Positions 33,571 through 47,830 of a DNA stretch of 64,000 nt are shown piece by piece. The translations under genes and the position numbers were made by a program. Numbering within the stretch: position 1 is the stretch's first letter; every line of letters begins with the position of its first letter. The notes under the pieces are model-generated. The model saw only the letters and a list, made by a program, of their open reading frames with translations. It ran no database searches and had not been told where the DNA came from. The stretch spans positions 620,001 to 684,000 of the forward strand of contig JBHGNT010000012.1 of NCBI GenBank assembly GCA_043228905.1. Direction: 5' to 3'. The DNA comes from Azolla caroliniana (lineage: Eukaryota > Plantae > Polypodiophyta).

Positions 33571-36500
33571 ATGGCAGCTTTACAGGCTGGAATGCTCGTT
33601 AAGATGCTAGAATTGATCGACGATTCTGAAGCCAAAGTGGCTGGACATCATCGCTCAGTTCTTCTCCGCATCATTGCCATCGTTCCTGCTTTGTCCGGTG
33701 GCGATGGTGATGCTGATGAAGGATGTCAGCTGTGGCGTCCTAACCTAGGGTTTCATCTCAGAGTTTCTGATGCTTCCCATTCTCTCTACGTGATGGTTCC
33801 TTCTGATGACGAAGAAACGTGCGAGCTTGTTCTCAACGGGGATCTTCAATTAGGTCAGTTTGTATACGCAGACAGACTAGAGAACGGATCGCCATATCCT
33901 CGACTTGTTGGAATGAAGTCTGTTCCTGTGCAAAAATTACAATCCAGTGAAGAATTACAGGTATCCGCTTCTATGGTTGAGGAAATTCCACAAAAATCTC
34001 CTATCCGCACCGTAGACAGCAGAGCTGGAGAAAGCTCTGTGTTAAGTAAAGTTATTGATGATGCAGATGGCGGTGGCGATGGTGATAAAGATGTTAAATC
34101 TTGTATTATAACCACAAAAAGTAGAGAGAGAAGGAAGTCTTACACAGGAAATACTTTAGTGAGCAAATGGGAAATCTCTGCTAATTCTGGTGATCCTAAT
34201 ATCAGATCTTCTGTCGGAGGGCAGAAGCTAAGTATCCATGGTTCCGCTACTGTAAAAGGCGGACCGTCTAATTCGTTATTTTCTCCCTGCAGCAAGAAAC
34301 GGGTTTTGCCCTCAGAGAACCGGTCTCAAAACTCCAATAAGAAAGGCGGATTGATTTCTTCAGAGAATCAGAGATCAGATCAGCTATGGCAGAATTTTCC
34401 TGGTGATGCTACTGACCATAAGAATAATGATGTCAATCTTCTCGCAACTAGGTCGATCAGTAAGCCGTTAGGGTTGAAGTTCTCTGATCATCAACATGAA
34501 AAGCTCGCGTTTCCTGCAGACTCTATACAGACCTCGAGTACTAATAGACTATCTCGACCTGTGTTGAAGGTGCGTTCTTCGTATAATAACTGTATAAACG
34601 ACATCGTTGGCAATACTTCTAATCAACGTGGTAATGTAAACCATATCCATCATCTTAATCATCCACCGCACAGCAAAGCTTTCCTGTTCGAAAAGACACC
34701 TATCAAGGGTGCTCAACTGTCTCGCAGATTTTCGAGCATTAACGAAGGAAGACCCGTTCACCATCAGCTTTCTGACGCTAAGAAACCCAATTCAGGTACG
34801 GTGAATAATAACTGCAATGTTAACCCGTCTAGGAAATTAAACCTCCCCACCATCTCTGCAACCAGAGATCAGAATGCTTCTGTGATCAGAGAAAGGAGCA
34901 ACGTCAGAGCTCCATCGCCAAATAGACCGAGTTCTTCAGAATCCCACAGAAATAACTCTACGAAAAATACTAGTAATAATCATACCATGATGAGAAAGAG
35001 TTGCACAGTAATTGGCAGAAACATCGTTTCCTCTGTTAATAGCAGTATTAACAATACGACGACTCTATCCCGTGATCGTCAATATGTTCGTTCAAGTACT
35101 ACTACTATTGCTACTGTTTCTGCCAGGCGTAATGCTAGAATCGATTCTTCCTCTATTTCTTCTTCTTCTTCTTCTGCCATAAGAAGTTCCCGTAAAGGCT
35201 GGGATTTTAGACCTGCTGATTGTTTGGTACCTCAAAGAAGCACAGATATGGCGTCCTCTAGATTTTCTTCAGCTCCAAGATCATCTAGAATCAACCAGTT
35301 AGCTACACCGGTAGTTAAAATTTACATAATCTTCATTATTTTCCTTATAATCTCCCGTCATCTGGTTTTATGATCACTTCTTTGTTTCTAAATTTTGTTT
35401 TTGATCATGTGATTTGATCGGATCTGGTACAACTTTGCAACTTATTATCTCATGCTATAGCTTGCAGCTCGTGGACGTTCCAAAACGCAGGTTAATGCAG
35501 AGAATGTAAGAACTAATCAAGCAATTAGTAAATCTTCACAGATTGCATTAACAAGTGTTGATCGTAACCAACGCCCAATTGGTGAAGACAGAAGATCATC
35601 AAATACTCACGCAAAGAAAGCTGCCGATATTAATGAAATATTCAAGCCTGTCACAGCTTTTGCTTCTGCACCTTCTTCTGTAATGCATCAGGAACGCTTC
35701 CCTACTTCGTTTAACAATAAACCAACAGTTACGATCCATGATAAGAGATGGACCGATGGAAGTGTTTCATGGGATCCAATTTCCCCCTCATTGGCTGGGC
35801 TTGCCAAGGTAGTTATAACAGTAATCCATATTCTTCTTCTTCTTCTTGTATGAATGAATGGTGCTTCATCAATCTCAAAATGGTGTCTCTGTATAAACGA
35901 AGCTTGAAAAATGCTGTTGTTTTTTGCTTTATGAATCTATCTATGGATAGCATAAATTAGCTTCATATTTAGCTAAAAAATATTGTTGTTCTTTTCTTCA
36001 CCAATGTGAATTTAGCTTCAATTAAAGAAATTGCTAATATAATGCAAAAAATCTAATTCTTTTGTGAGAATGAAACTGTTCCCAGGAAATAGCAAGTTTT
36101 AGGAAAACAGCCTCATCTGCCGCAGCGCAAGCATTACAAGAAGCGTCAGCTGCAGAGATTGTCTTGAGAAACGTGAGGTGAGCAATCTCATCTTCTAATG
36201 TGTTGCATACAGTAAATTATTAGAAATTTGGCCATATTATTTTGCGTAGAGTCTCTTTGTTCTTTTCTCGAGAAGTTATTATCTCATATAATGAGCTTTA
36301 GTTCAACCAATTCATGCCAACTAACATTCGCCATTTGTAATACTATGGAGATGTATGCATTATATTGAATTTATATCGGTGATGCATTATCATTCTGCTC
36401 ATAAAAATGTCGCGTTATGTAGTCTATGGATCAATGTGTTCGGATTTCACCTTTTATAGGAAGATATGATGTATGATATCTGTGGGATCACAGCATTTTT

Positions 36501-37631
36501 GCAGAATTATGCTCTCAATCAAGGCCTGAATCACCAAGGGAATCCATGGAAAAATACTTCAACTTCCATCGCTCTCTTCAACTTGCTACAACTATGTCAA
36601 ATGAGCTCGCCAAATCATGTCAGAAAAACAACCTATTTTCTGATACTTCTTCTGATGGTCGTAGCTTGGATATTGAAGGAAGACGAAATATTGCTCCCTG
36701 TTCTACAGAAAGATTGCGATGTGCAGCTTCCTGGGTCTCTGCTGCACTAGCAACTGATCTTGCCCATGTGAATGAGCACGCTGATAAGGTAGATGAAGAA
36801 AATATAAGACTTCCTGAAAGAGACCATTCCATGAAAGGTTCAAAAGTCACCGGTGATTCCATTAAAGCTTCAGAAATCAAAGGCTGCATAAAAGCTTCAG
36901 AAAGAGGTTTAATTAAATTTTCTGCTTCTGAAACCTCGAAGAAACCAAATATTTTTACATCAAAAGCTTCATCCCCATCTCCAGGAAAGGCATTAGTACG
37001 ACCAACTTCCCCTATGTCTCAAAGAAGGATGAGCAATACACCTGTTAATTGTAACAAAATGAGAGTTAAAAGCCATGGCAATAACAGACTTAGATCTTCT
37101 TGTTCTTCAGGTGAAATCATTACCAGTGGTAATATACTCTCCAGGAAAGCTGCTTTTGGCATAGTTAGCAATCTATTTGCTCAGCCATCTTCTTCTTCAC
37201 TTGATATTTCAACAGAGAGTGGATTATTATCCAAGTGTACAAGTACTGAGCAAGAGAGGGTTCTTATGCAACCAGACAATACAATTAAAGCTGAAAGCAT
37301 CGTACAATTAGCAAGGCAGCTTCAAGCAGAGTCTCAGAAATGGTTCTTCAATTACATGGAAGAAGCTCTTGATTGTGGATTCAAATTCTTGAGTACTGGA
37401 TCCATCATAAAGGAATCGAAACCACATAGCAATGCAGTTGAAATCGGGATCAGTGATAATGGAGCTCTTGCCTCTGTTCTTCCTCATCTAAAACAGTTGA
37501 ATGACTGGATAGGAAAATTGGACCACGGAACCTTGGATGCCAAGATGCTTGAAGTTTTATCTAGACTGAAGAAGAAGATATGCCACTTCCTTCTTCAACA
37601 TATCGGAACAATTAACTCAGCATTGCCATAA
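33571..37631 (+). CDS. DUF936 family protein (CORD-like, plant microtubule-associated), about 1105 aa
   Basis: N-terminus MAALQAGMLVKML...AGHHRSVLLRIIAIVPAL...GFHLRVSDASHSLYV. Exons 33571-35310, 35461-35808 (WTDGSVSW), 36086-36177 (AAAQALQEASAAE) and 36494-37631 (WFFNYMEEALD, LKQLNDW), all GT-AG and in frame. Confidence 0.9.
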
Positions 37632-38629
37632 CCGAGTTGATGTTTATTGGCAAACTTCTCAAATATCCAATAAATGCGATCAGGTGGCAGCATGATCACC
37701 ATCCAGCTCAAATTTTGTATTCATTTCATTTAAAAGGTTGTTAGGATGCCATTCCTGTAGTAAGGTGACATCAAAAGGCTCTCCACAATGATAGATAGTA
37801 TGATTGGCATCATCAAGTCTTATACAAATATTTGTTTTCTTAGCTAAGGCTCTTAGTGTGCCATTGTTACTTCGCACCATTCTGATTACAAGGGATGGCA
37901 AATCACTGTCTCTTGTAACATGATTATGGTTGAATTGAATGTCGTCATGGTTCCATATTGAATTCATAACACAGAGTACCTCAGAACTATGTTTGGTAAT
38001 GATGCTGAAGGCTTTAATGGACTATCCATAACATATTGGAGCTCATTGAGGAGGTGTTCCAAACATTAATGCGAGTTTGCCAACAACAATCCTCATTAGG
38101 TGTTCCTAACATATTGGGTTTTGCGAGATGGATTTTGATCTTTGGGCAATAGAAAATCCTCTATTATCATTATGTTTAGAATTTAACAGGCAACACATTT
38201 GAGGACCTATTTTGTAATGGTACTGTGTGCATGAATCTTCATTATCTGACTGATGATACATAATGAACGTTGAAGTTGTAATGAGAACTTGTATTGTGTG
38301 GTGATAAGTCTCCTATTTTATCTTTTGATATGGTAGATCTCATTATGACTTTTGTCGATCAATAAGAACAGAATTGAAAGGACAATTGCATTATTCTTCA
38401 AAAAGGAGGCTCATTAGCTGTGTATGGATATGAATGGAATTGGGTGAATCAAATACGTTATTCTTTATTTGTATAGATAACCGAGGCTATGGAAAGACAT
38501 GTTATGAGGCTTCTATTCCATGCATAATCCAGGAAAAGCAAACTTGTTCATATTTCCTTTGCTTTTTTTAAATTGTTGGTAGAGATATGATCTTTCCTTT
38601 CAAGTTAACATGGGTGGTTTGATGTTACC

Positions 38630-38990
38630 CTCAAGTTACCAGTGTTGGGCAAAGAACTCACATATGTAGCAGCATTGGGAGAGATATCTTTCTAGTTGCA
38701 TCCGATACATAGATTCAAACACTTCAATAAGTAGATTTTTTTCATCTGCATATGCAGATACGAGTGCATTCCAGAGAGTTGCATCTTTGTATGTTGTGAA
38801 GTTATTGGTTGCCTAAACTGGGAACAGCAGTTACACATCCAAATTGTAAACAAAGGGATGGAAGAAGACATTTTTGTTGGTACCATGGATTAGTAGATAT
38901 GTATGCAAAACCCATGCAACTTTCTCTTAGACGCACAGGCAGAGTCCAATAATTTGCTTGTTCGAATAGTATCGAACTATTGTTTCATGG
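38630..38990 (+). pseudogene. PLS-class PPR gene fragment
   Basis: Broken-frame G.QLHIQIVNKGMEEDIFVG...LVDMYAK and CSSIG...IH, with frameshifts and stops. Confidence 0.65.
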
Positions 38991-41897
38991 ACTGCACTGA
39001 CTTCGACATAACTTGATGCTATACTCCTATATGTATTCTAATGTCTATACGATTCTACATTTTGCTTAGGATATTGACTGGAGGAGCATGAATTGAAATA
39101 GTTATAGTGGAAATTGAACTTAGGTTACAGATTGATGCATTACCAATCTGTTAGCATGTAAACCCACACTATTGGTTGCACATGTATGATTGTTGGGACT
39201 TTAAAATGCCCCTTTGTCTGGTAAGTAAGTCACACATGATGCATTAACAATAGACAATTAGCACATGCCACCATAACTTAGGTATGTGGTTGGTGATACT
39301 GAACATAATGCATATGCTATGTATGATTCTCATGACAAAAATGTATGATACATAACATTATGATACTACTGCATAGCTCATAATGAGCTAATACATTATG
39401 ATTGTCATAAATTATAATGAACTACTAGCTCAACACACCCCAATATTAGGTATATGGTTGTTCCTATATGATGTAATTTCTTTTACATTTAAATGTGAGT
39501 GCATGTGCATATAGGCTAATATATGCAAGTTTGTAATATTCACCAAGAAGTTCTGGTTGACACTAACACTCAATAGGAAAATGGCCGGTTCTCCCTGGAA
39601 GTATATACATATATATATGTACATTATACATATATATCAACTCTAAATGGAGATGTAGAGGAGGAAAACATGTTATCTCTCTAGCTTAAGTTTGAACATA
39701 GACATCAATGTAGAAAGTCCTTTTTCGCCACAAATAATGCACATTCAATTACTTCTATATATCCATGCACGAGTTTTGTTGCACATGAATGCTCCCATTA
39801 ATTTGAATTCTCTAAATACTATCACACTTTTATCAGTACTATGACCATTTTGTGTCACCCTATGGAAGTCGTTCATTCAATGCTAATTAGAATTACTAGG
39901 CTCCTTTCCTCTATTTTTTAGAGTGATTTGTCATAAGGTATCAACGTATTGCCTCGTTAATAATGCATCACTTTCCAATACTTGTCTACATTTTCCCTTT
40001 AAGCTTAAAAACGTCACATAGTCGAGGCCTCCAAACTGAATTGCTAGTTCTTCTCCTCAAATAGTTGGATTCTTGTAACTCTAATAGATATTTAGAGATG
40101 GATTTCGAATCCCACGAACACACCTAACCTGCAAACTCTAGCAATGCGTGGTGCAACAATCTCATTGTTTTGTGCTCGTTCTCACTTTCAATCCAAATAC
40201 TAATAGGGTAATGAACATCACCTATTGAGATGTAAATATCTTTGCTTGTTAGCATGGATTCACAAGCAAAAGTTTTCAATTTTTGGTATATTGGTGGATA
40301 TCATTTTAAATTTATCTTCTCTTTTTCTCCCTCATGCACCATGCCCAAGGTTGGAGCTTCCTCACATATTTGTAAGTGATAACTCTTTTTTGTGCGTATT
40401 TGGATTGAACAATGGAAATAGCTTAAAACATAACACCTTCAAATTTGGGTAATCCATAGTACATACACTTGCGTATGGTAATCCAACAAGATTGCCCACA
40501 CAACTTCAAAAATTTGCCCAAGATCAAAGCTTACCCATACATTTGCTTGTGGTAATCCAACAAGATTGTTCACTCCAAACTAGCTTGATGCCTTATCTAT
40601 ATTATCCCAATCTATTTTGGCCATCCGATTAACTACTCATTATTCTCAAATATAACATTGCCTCTATGGTTTCAACTTCCATTTTATTTATTGGCATTAT
40701 TTAAACTAGCTTGATGGCTTATCTATATTATCCCAATCTATTTTGGCCATCAAATTAACTGCTCAGTATTCTCAAATATAAAATTGCCTCTAAATGGTTT
40801 CAACCTTCATTTGATTTATTGGCATAATTTAAACATGATAGCTATTACTTTACCCAAGTGTCTCTTGTTACTACACAATTGTGTCAAAATAATTGTCTCT
40901 ATTTCAAGCCCATACAAGCTCAGCTTTCTTTCTTAATATGTCTTGATGGACATTTCCCAATCAATATTCCATCCATGGAAATGCATTTCTTGAAAAACAA
41001 AATCATGCACTAGTTGCCAATCTATACACATATTCATTTGTTTCAGATTCCTCTCCATTGCCAAGTATGTACACAAACACATATGTTCTCAATCTTGTGT
41101 AAAGCCAAAGCAACTTACTTATTCTCTTCACTAATCTCCTTCCTTAAATTACATTATGCCAATAACTACTTTTGCTTGAGGCAATCATGCCACCATATAC
41201 CACTACAATGATTAGCATATCTATCAACAAGGCCAACGTAAGCTATTGCAAGGAAATTTTTATTTTTTAATTAGCTACAAGACGCCTTTCTACTAATACT
41301 TCTACTATGGTAACGAAATTGCTATTTTCATCGGTTTAATTAGCAATAATTTCAGTAACTACATCGGCTCGACATGAATATTCCTCACTTGTGTTTTTCT
41401 GTGCTATGTATAAACATGCAAACATCATATTCTACACCTAGATTTTGACTATGGATACATACATTACGGTTTGGTTACAATCAATTTTGTCCATTTCACA
41501 ATTGATTGTTCAAACACTCTTCCAATGTTGCAATATGGTCCATGACTGAATTCACTTGTAGGCCAAGCAAAATGAGTGATGATAAGGAGAAAAGGCATTT
41601 ACATAAGAGGTTAACGCAGATTCACATTAGTTGGGACATTACGAAAAAGAGCGATGACGTGGATGAAAAATAAAGGAGTTACAGCCAGATGGAAAAACTG
41701 CTGATTTGGTTTCTTTAAAACATAGAGGAGTTTTTAAGGTTCATGACTTTCCTGTAGGCATTTGTAAGACAAAGTAGGTGTGTAAAAGGGATAAGCTCAA
41801 ACTATTGCATAAATTTAAGAGAAAACTAACTTATCTACAATATGGATATCCCGTGGTATTATCCACCACAACCAATAATGCAAGAGAGCCAGTTGCA

Positions 41898-43296
41898 TCA
41901 AGCAGTTGGTCGGAAGCAGCATGCCCAAATCTAAACATAAAACAGACAGAAAGAGAAAACAATTGATTTAAGCTTCCAATACACTCAAATACTTTGAAAG
42001 GAAAGGCAAAATAGAGTTCCATTCATCTTTCTATACTCTCATTGTTCAGAAAAAGAAAATGGAAAAAAGGACAAATTTTCATTACATCTTTTGTATTCAT
42101 TCATTCATCAAACTTAGAAAACATTGTTATGCAATTTGATGTGAAAGAAAGCATATACATACATATGGAAGACCACCTATGATCATGTTGGAGATCTCTA
42201 AAATGTGAGCTCTCAATTCATTTATATTCAAATTTTATAAACCTTAGAAAGGCATTTCAGACTATTTACCCAGATATGGCAGTATTTCAGAATGTTTTGC
42301 AAAAAACATTAACACTATAGATAAGAAAGGAAGCAAATATATACTCTTACTGTAGACCTCCGATGATCATGGTGTGCGTCTTTAGGAAGCTTCTGTGAAT
42401 CAGCATGGATTGATTTTGCATATGAATCTGAATGTGCCTCAGGTGTTGGGATAGATCCACCAGATTGTTTTTCTTTACGTGCTTGACTGAAAATCATCGT
42501 GTAACTTTCACCAGAAGATGGATCATTCACATCCCAAGAACCAAATTTTGGAAGAGCTACTAGAGCTCTCTCGTGCTGCTGCTGAAAAGAGAAACAAAAA
42601 CATTTATTGAAAATGACTAAATTTACACTCTCCTCACTATGAACAAATTTCTTATGAAGAATTTAAAAAAATCTTAGATGAGTTATTACAGTTATCTTGC
42701 TGTCACAAGAAAAGAGCAATTTGTCAATACGATTTAACTTACTAAAACGTGATCCCAGAAACAAAAGACGTGAGTAAATGGCGAAATAATCTGCTGTCTT
42801 TCAAACAAACATTCCAGAAATCAAAGTTCGAACTTTGAATCTAGGTAGCTTCTAAATCAGGATAAATGTGTTTACAAATCAACGTCATTGGAAGACAGAA
42901 GAAACAGGTCTTTCTTAAGAAGAAGTTAACATGAAAACAGAAGAACTGGATCCTTTTTACGAGGAAAGAAACATCAAAAGAGAAGGATTAGCTCTTTTTT
43001 ACGAGGAAAATAGCATATCAAGACACAATCCAGAAATTTAATACATGAAGAAAGAATCCAGAAAGACAAATGAACCAGTTGTTTTCAAGGATTATCAAGC
43101 AGCCTTCATTAAATGGCAATATTCTAAGAAAGTCACAAGCTAAAAGAATAAATGTGATGGTATTGGGAAAACAGAAACAAATCAAGTTGAAAAGATACAA
43201 AGAGGAACGAATTAGTGTTTAAAAAATACAAAGACAATAACCAGGTGATGGTTATAGTGATCTATTGAAGAAGGAAGAATGAGATCTTACTGCCAT
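41898..43296 (-). CDS. RIN4/NOI-family protein (single NOI / AvrRpt2-cleavage domain), 89 aa
   Basis: Exons 43296-43291 (ATGGCA|GTAAG), 42581-42351 (LPKFGSWDVNDPSSGESYTMIFSQARKEK) and 41930-41898 (IWACCFRPTA*). Has the PxFGxW and YTxxF motifs and the C-terminal Cys acylation motif. Confidence 0.92.
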
Positions 43297-43710
43297 AGTC
43301 AAGAGAATAAGTTCCTGCAGCTCCTCTACGATAATCTGAGAGAGAGAGAGAAGGAGAGGAATACTTGTCTTAAAATTCTTGAGAAAACAAGCAGAGAAAG
43401 AAATCATTCCTCTCCGATTATTAACAAGAAGAAGCGCACACGAGAAACAAGGAAATTTTTTACTCTGAGGAATGCTTCAAAGATAGAAGGTTTTCCTTCC
43501 TCTCTGATTCGTCTTTCTTGCATCTCTCTGCAGCTGCGAAAATCACCCAAAAATGGAATGAATCAAATCTATTTCCATTAATACACTGAAAAAGAGGCCG
43601 AACTGTTTGTGTTTTGTTTTCTCTCCTGTCTGATTTCAAACTTTTGGATATTTACCAAAAATACCCTCCTCCAATCCTCTTCCAAACATAAATCGTGATG
43701 TCCTTCCTCC

Positions 43711-44192
43711 TAACAATCGGCAACGGTTCGGTTCGGTTTGAGAGGGTCCAAACCGAACCATTTTAAAATGTTGAAACCTGAACTGAACCGATAACAATTT
43801 TTCAAACCGTTAAACCGTAAAAACCGCGGTTTTGTGGTTCGGTTTTGGTTTTCAGCATAGGTCTATTTTATTTTTAAATTTAGAATATTTCACTATTTTA
43901 AATTTTTTAAATTTTTAAGATGTTCCTAAAATGTGAGAATAAGAGTAAAAATGAAAAGATTGTTTAAAAACAATTTTTAAAATTTTTTAGAATTTTTTTC
44001 AAATTTTTAATTTTTTTTTTAAATTAAAAAAATTAAAAATTAAAAACCGTTAAACCGTTTAAACCGCGGTTTTTGACTGCTGAAACCAAACCGAAACCGA
44101 ACCGAACTGTTTAAAAAAACCTAAACCTGAACCAAACCAAACCGAAATGTTGAAACCGTTAAGCCGTTAAACCGCGGTTTCGCGGTTCGGTA
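43711..44192. mobile_element. hAT-like MITE rich in AAACCG/CGGTT motifs, upstream of the NOI gene
   Basis: 8-bp direct repeat CTTCCTCC at 43703-43710 and 44193-44200. Subterminal AACCG clusters surround an AT-rich core. Confidence 0.75.
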
Positions 44193-44309
44193 CTTCCTCC
44201 TCAAGATCTCGCTTGATGGACACATGCTTCTGTTCCGCGCGAAAATGTAAATATTTCCTTCAAATTGATCATATGCCGATTGAGGCGGCTATCTTGATGT
44301 GAAATATGT

Positions 44310-44525
44310 GTGATATGGTATGGTATGGTATAGTATGTTTGGTTTGGCTTAATTCGGTATGGTTTGGTTTGGCTTAATTTGGTATGGTTTTGTTTGGTTT
44401 AATTTGGTATTGTTTGGTTTAATTCGGTATGGTATGTTTGGTTTGGTATGTTTGGTTTAATTAGGCTTAATTCGGTATGGTATGGTTTAATTTGGTATGA
44501 TATGGTTTGGTTGGAATGGGTTGGC
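44310..44525. repeat. Degenerate pentamer microsatellite (GGTAT/GGTTT)n
   Basis: Directly visible. Confidence 0.9.
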
Positions 44526-46099
44526 AATACCTTCAATTCAATACCACAAGAATTCGCTATGTGAAAGACATGTTTCTCGAGCTTTCACGTGGGTCAAGCC
44601 CAATACCTCTCTTTTGTTCGCACATTGCCAACATGAATGGTGAACAATCTACATGTGTAAAGATAGAGGAAGAGATTCAAGTAACTTCTTCGAAGATCGT
44701 AATAAAAACAATTGTAATGATGTAGAGTTTATGGCGAGGTAACCACATGTGTGCTAGTCGTTTGCTATAAAAACCACACATTGCGAAGAAGGAAGAGAGA
44801 GCTTCTTATTAAAAAAGAAGAAGAAGAAAGGATTTGGTTCAATGTGGCAAAACCAACCACAATGTTCAGGCTTTTAGAATAGGATTGCAAATGGGGGATA
44901 ATCGTTACATGACAATGTACTATGTAAACAAACAAAGGTTCGTCATTGTGTCATCGGGGCAAGGATAAAAAACAACTAAATAATGCTCATGTGTATATGG
45001 TCATCACGATCAGCCAGATATATCACGATGCGATACCTAATTTCATCATAAACAAAATCGTTGGCATAAAAACTACGTAAACACACCCACCCTAACGTAC
45101 TGAAACAGACATGCACATGCACACATATAGAGAAGGAGTGAGAAAACAAGTGAAATTACTCGCAACTCTTTCGTAGGACCGACCAATGGGAGCACCAATC
45201 ACTTGTTTGATGAGCAAAAGGGTCTTTTGGCCACACAACGCAATTAGAGGTTTCTAGGTATGTCTAGTTTTCATGGGATTGGGCGGGCTCATAAAGTATA
45301 TATGTATGTTTGTATGTAGACAACTTGTGTCTATTTGCACCCAGCTGATAATACGGCTTGGTGAGGGAATCATGGCCACAAATGGTGTAGGGTGCATTTC
45401 AGAGGGCAAGTGTGATTTGCACTATCAAATCTTTATCTAAAAAAGTGTGTGAGTTTCCCATTGCCCGATTCCGACAACCTTTGTCATCGAAGCCCGACCG
45501 ACGACTGACTTAAGGTAGTAGCCTGACTCAAATCAATAACCCGACCGACTTAGGCAGTCTCTCGACTCAAAGCCTAACATCAAAAACTCCAAAAGTGTAA
45601 AAAAAACTCACATCAAAATCTCCTAGTTTTAGATATACAAATTTTCCATAATTAAAATTAAGACACATGCAAATCTTCTCACCAATGTAAAACAAAAAGT
45701 AAGAGATCATTCCAAACACCGTTCCATCTCAAATTTGACCGAAGCATCAAAAATTCCGCTACCAAAATAACAATTGATATAAATTTCAGCCACAAAAAAA
45801 ACCAAAAACGTGTTTTGAACATACTTAAAACTTCAAATCACACAAATTGCCAACCACAAAAAGTTTCTACGGTTTGGTTTTGGAGACCAAAATCTCCAAA
45901 ATTAAAGACCAAAAACATTTTGTTGCAATCAGCATTTGAGTCCTTGAAGTCAAGGTCAAGTCATCACAATGCAAACACTAAACCTTCTCAGTCTCACATT
46001 GGCAACTGCCTCTTAGCCCAACTTGTATAGTCTTCACGTGTGGGACTTGGAAGTGTTTGGGGAGTTGGTAATAAGTTCTCGCGAAATGCCGAACATAGC

Positions 46100-47830
46100 T
46101 CCTCTTTTCACACCAATTTGTGGCTTCCGACTCATGGATATTGTGCTAGTATATAAGTTCTTGTGAAATGTCGACCTCGTTGTTTGATTTCGGTGCACCT
46201 AAATTGTACATCTTTTGTGACTGATTTGTCAATGTGTGCATATATAATCCTCAACATCAACCTTGTCAAAGGATCCAAACCTTGCTTGAGTTGTTGAATA
46301 GCTTGCTCGGTCATTTGTATTTGAGACCTTTGATGATTCCATGCCAGATGGTTTTGTCTCTATGTCCACATTTGTTTGTGTGATATCGTCCATTTGCATT
46401 TGGGCCACATGATTTATAAATGGTAACGATCCACATAGGGATGAGATATATGCCTCTCAATGAGCATCAAAATTCCGAGTAAATGCTTGCATTTACTTGA
46501 AAGGTCTTGGATATCACAAAATGAGCATTGGAGTGAGACGTTGTACCATAGAGTGGGAGTGGTCATGCTCAATACGTCAAACCAATATTGGGCCTCATAC
46601 ACAATATGCATTGTGTTGGTATCAATCACATACTTTTCGAGTATCCTCTCGGCCTCTTTATGTCTTGACCTTTAATCCTTACAATTTGCACGGGGCACAT
46701 ATTTACCACTCTCACATATATTTTGTCATTGCATGTACTATATTATGACGATCCCTCTGATGCTAGTGCGGGTTTCACTATCCTCGATTAAGACATGCAC
46801 AAGATCAGTAATAGATCACTTTATTCTTTCTCTCAAGGTAGTGTGCTTGATAAACTACCAATGTCCCTCCATGCTGTTGGTAGTGTCAACATGTCCACAG
46901 TTGAATAATCTGCCAAACTTGGGCCATAGATTCCTCCAAACACAATCATGCCACACCATCCTCATATATATATATATATTGTTGAACATCGGGTTTGTCC
47001 AGATATTGTACCTTTAACTCCTCACACATAGCATTGATGGCAGATTCCGTAATGCAATGCATGAGTTGACACATCCATTGATAAAGGTGGTTTTTCTCGC
47101 CAACATTTACTTTGGGCAACACGCGGGACCCCATGATTTTTTTTGCGTGGAACTGATACAACAAATGGTGACAATGTGTTTGCAAGCCATGCCCATTTGC
47201 AACAATCCAACATTGACGGTCTCTTGCAACCACATTAAATATAGCATTATATGATGCCCCAAATTTATCAATGACTATTCCATTTGGTCCCACCTTGGAC
47301 ATCCTTGTGAATATGAATTTCAAGCAAGTTCCTAATGCAATTTGCTCATGATTTGACTGACCCCTCATAATGGTAACTGAAATTGAACTGTTTAAAATGC
47401 GGAGTTGATTGCCCAAAAGTTGTTTTACGAAAATCGCTCACACATTTCCAACATCCATTGATATTAAAGAATCAAGATATAAATGGTCGTCGAAATGGAG
47501 ATCCATTTGAAAACATAATCTCTCTCTTGCACGTAACCGAGGATGTCGTCCACCTTGTTGCTTTGCTTGGCAAGTTGCACCCAAAGTGGATCAACGATCC
47601 AATGCTTGCTAGAGAGAACATTTTAACATTTCAACTATCCATTTCCAAACACTCAAAAACTTTCACAAAACCATTTTCAAGTAGACTTAAAAACAAACGT
47701 AGAAACCAAATAAAATACATACCTCCCAACTCAAAAGTTGGGGCGATGCAGATGCTAAGTGCAGGTGGTGATGGCTTCTTCCCTCGCCACAAACACCTCT
47801 TTAGGAGCTGCTGTTGGGTGCCAATATAGG
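46100..47830 (-). mobile_element. Decayed Mutator-like (MULE) transposase with SWIM zinc finger
   Basis: Fragments GIVIDK..SYNAI, HHLLYQFHAKK (LCxFH-like) and SWIM-like CSFCDIQDLSSKCKHLLG in broken ORFs 46946-47416 and 46414-46629. Confidence 0.72.
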
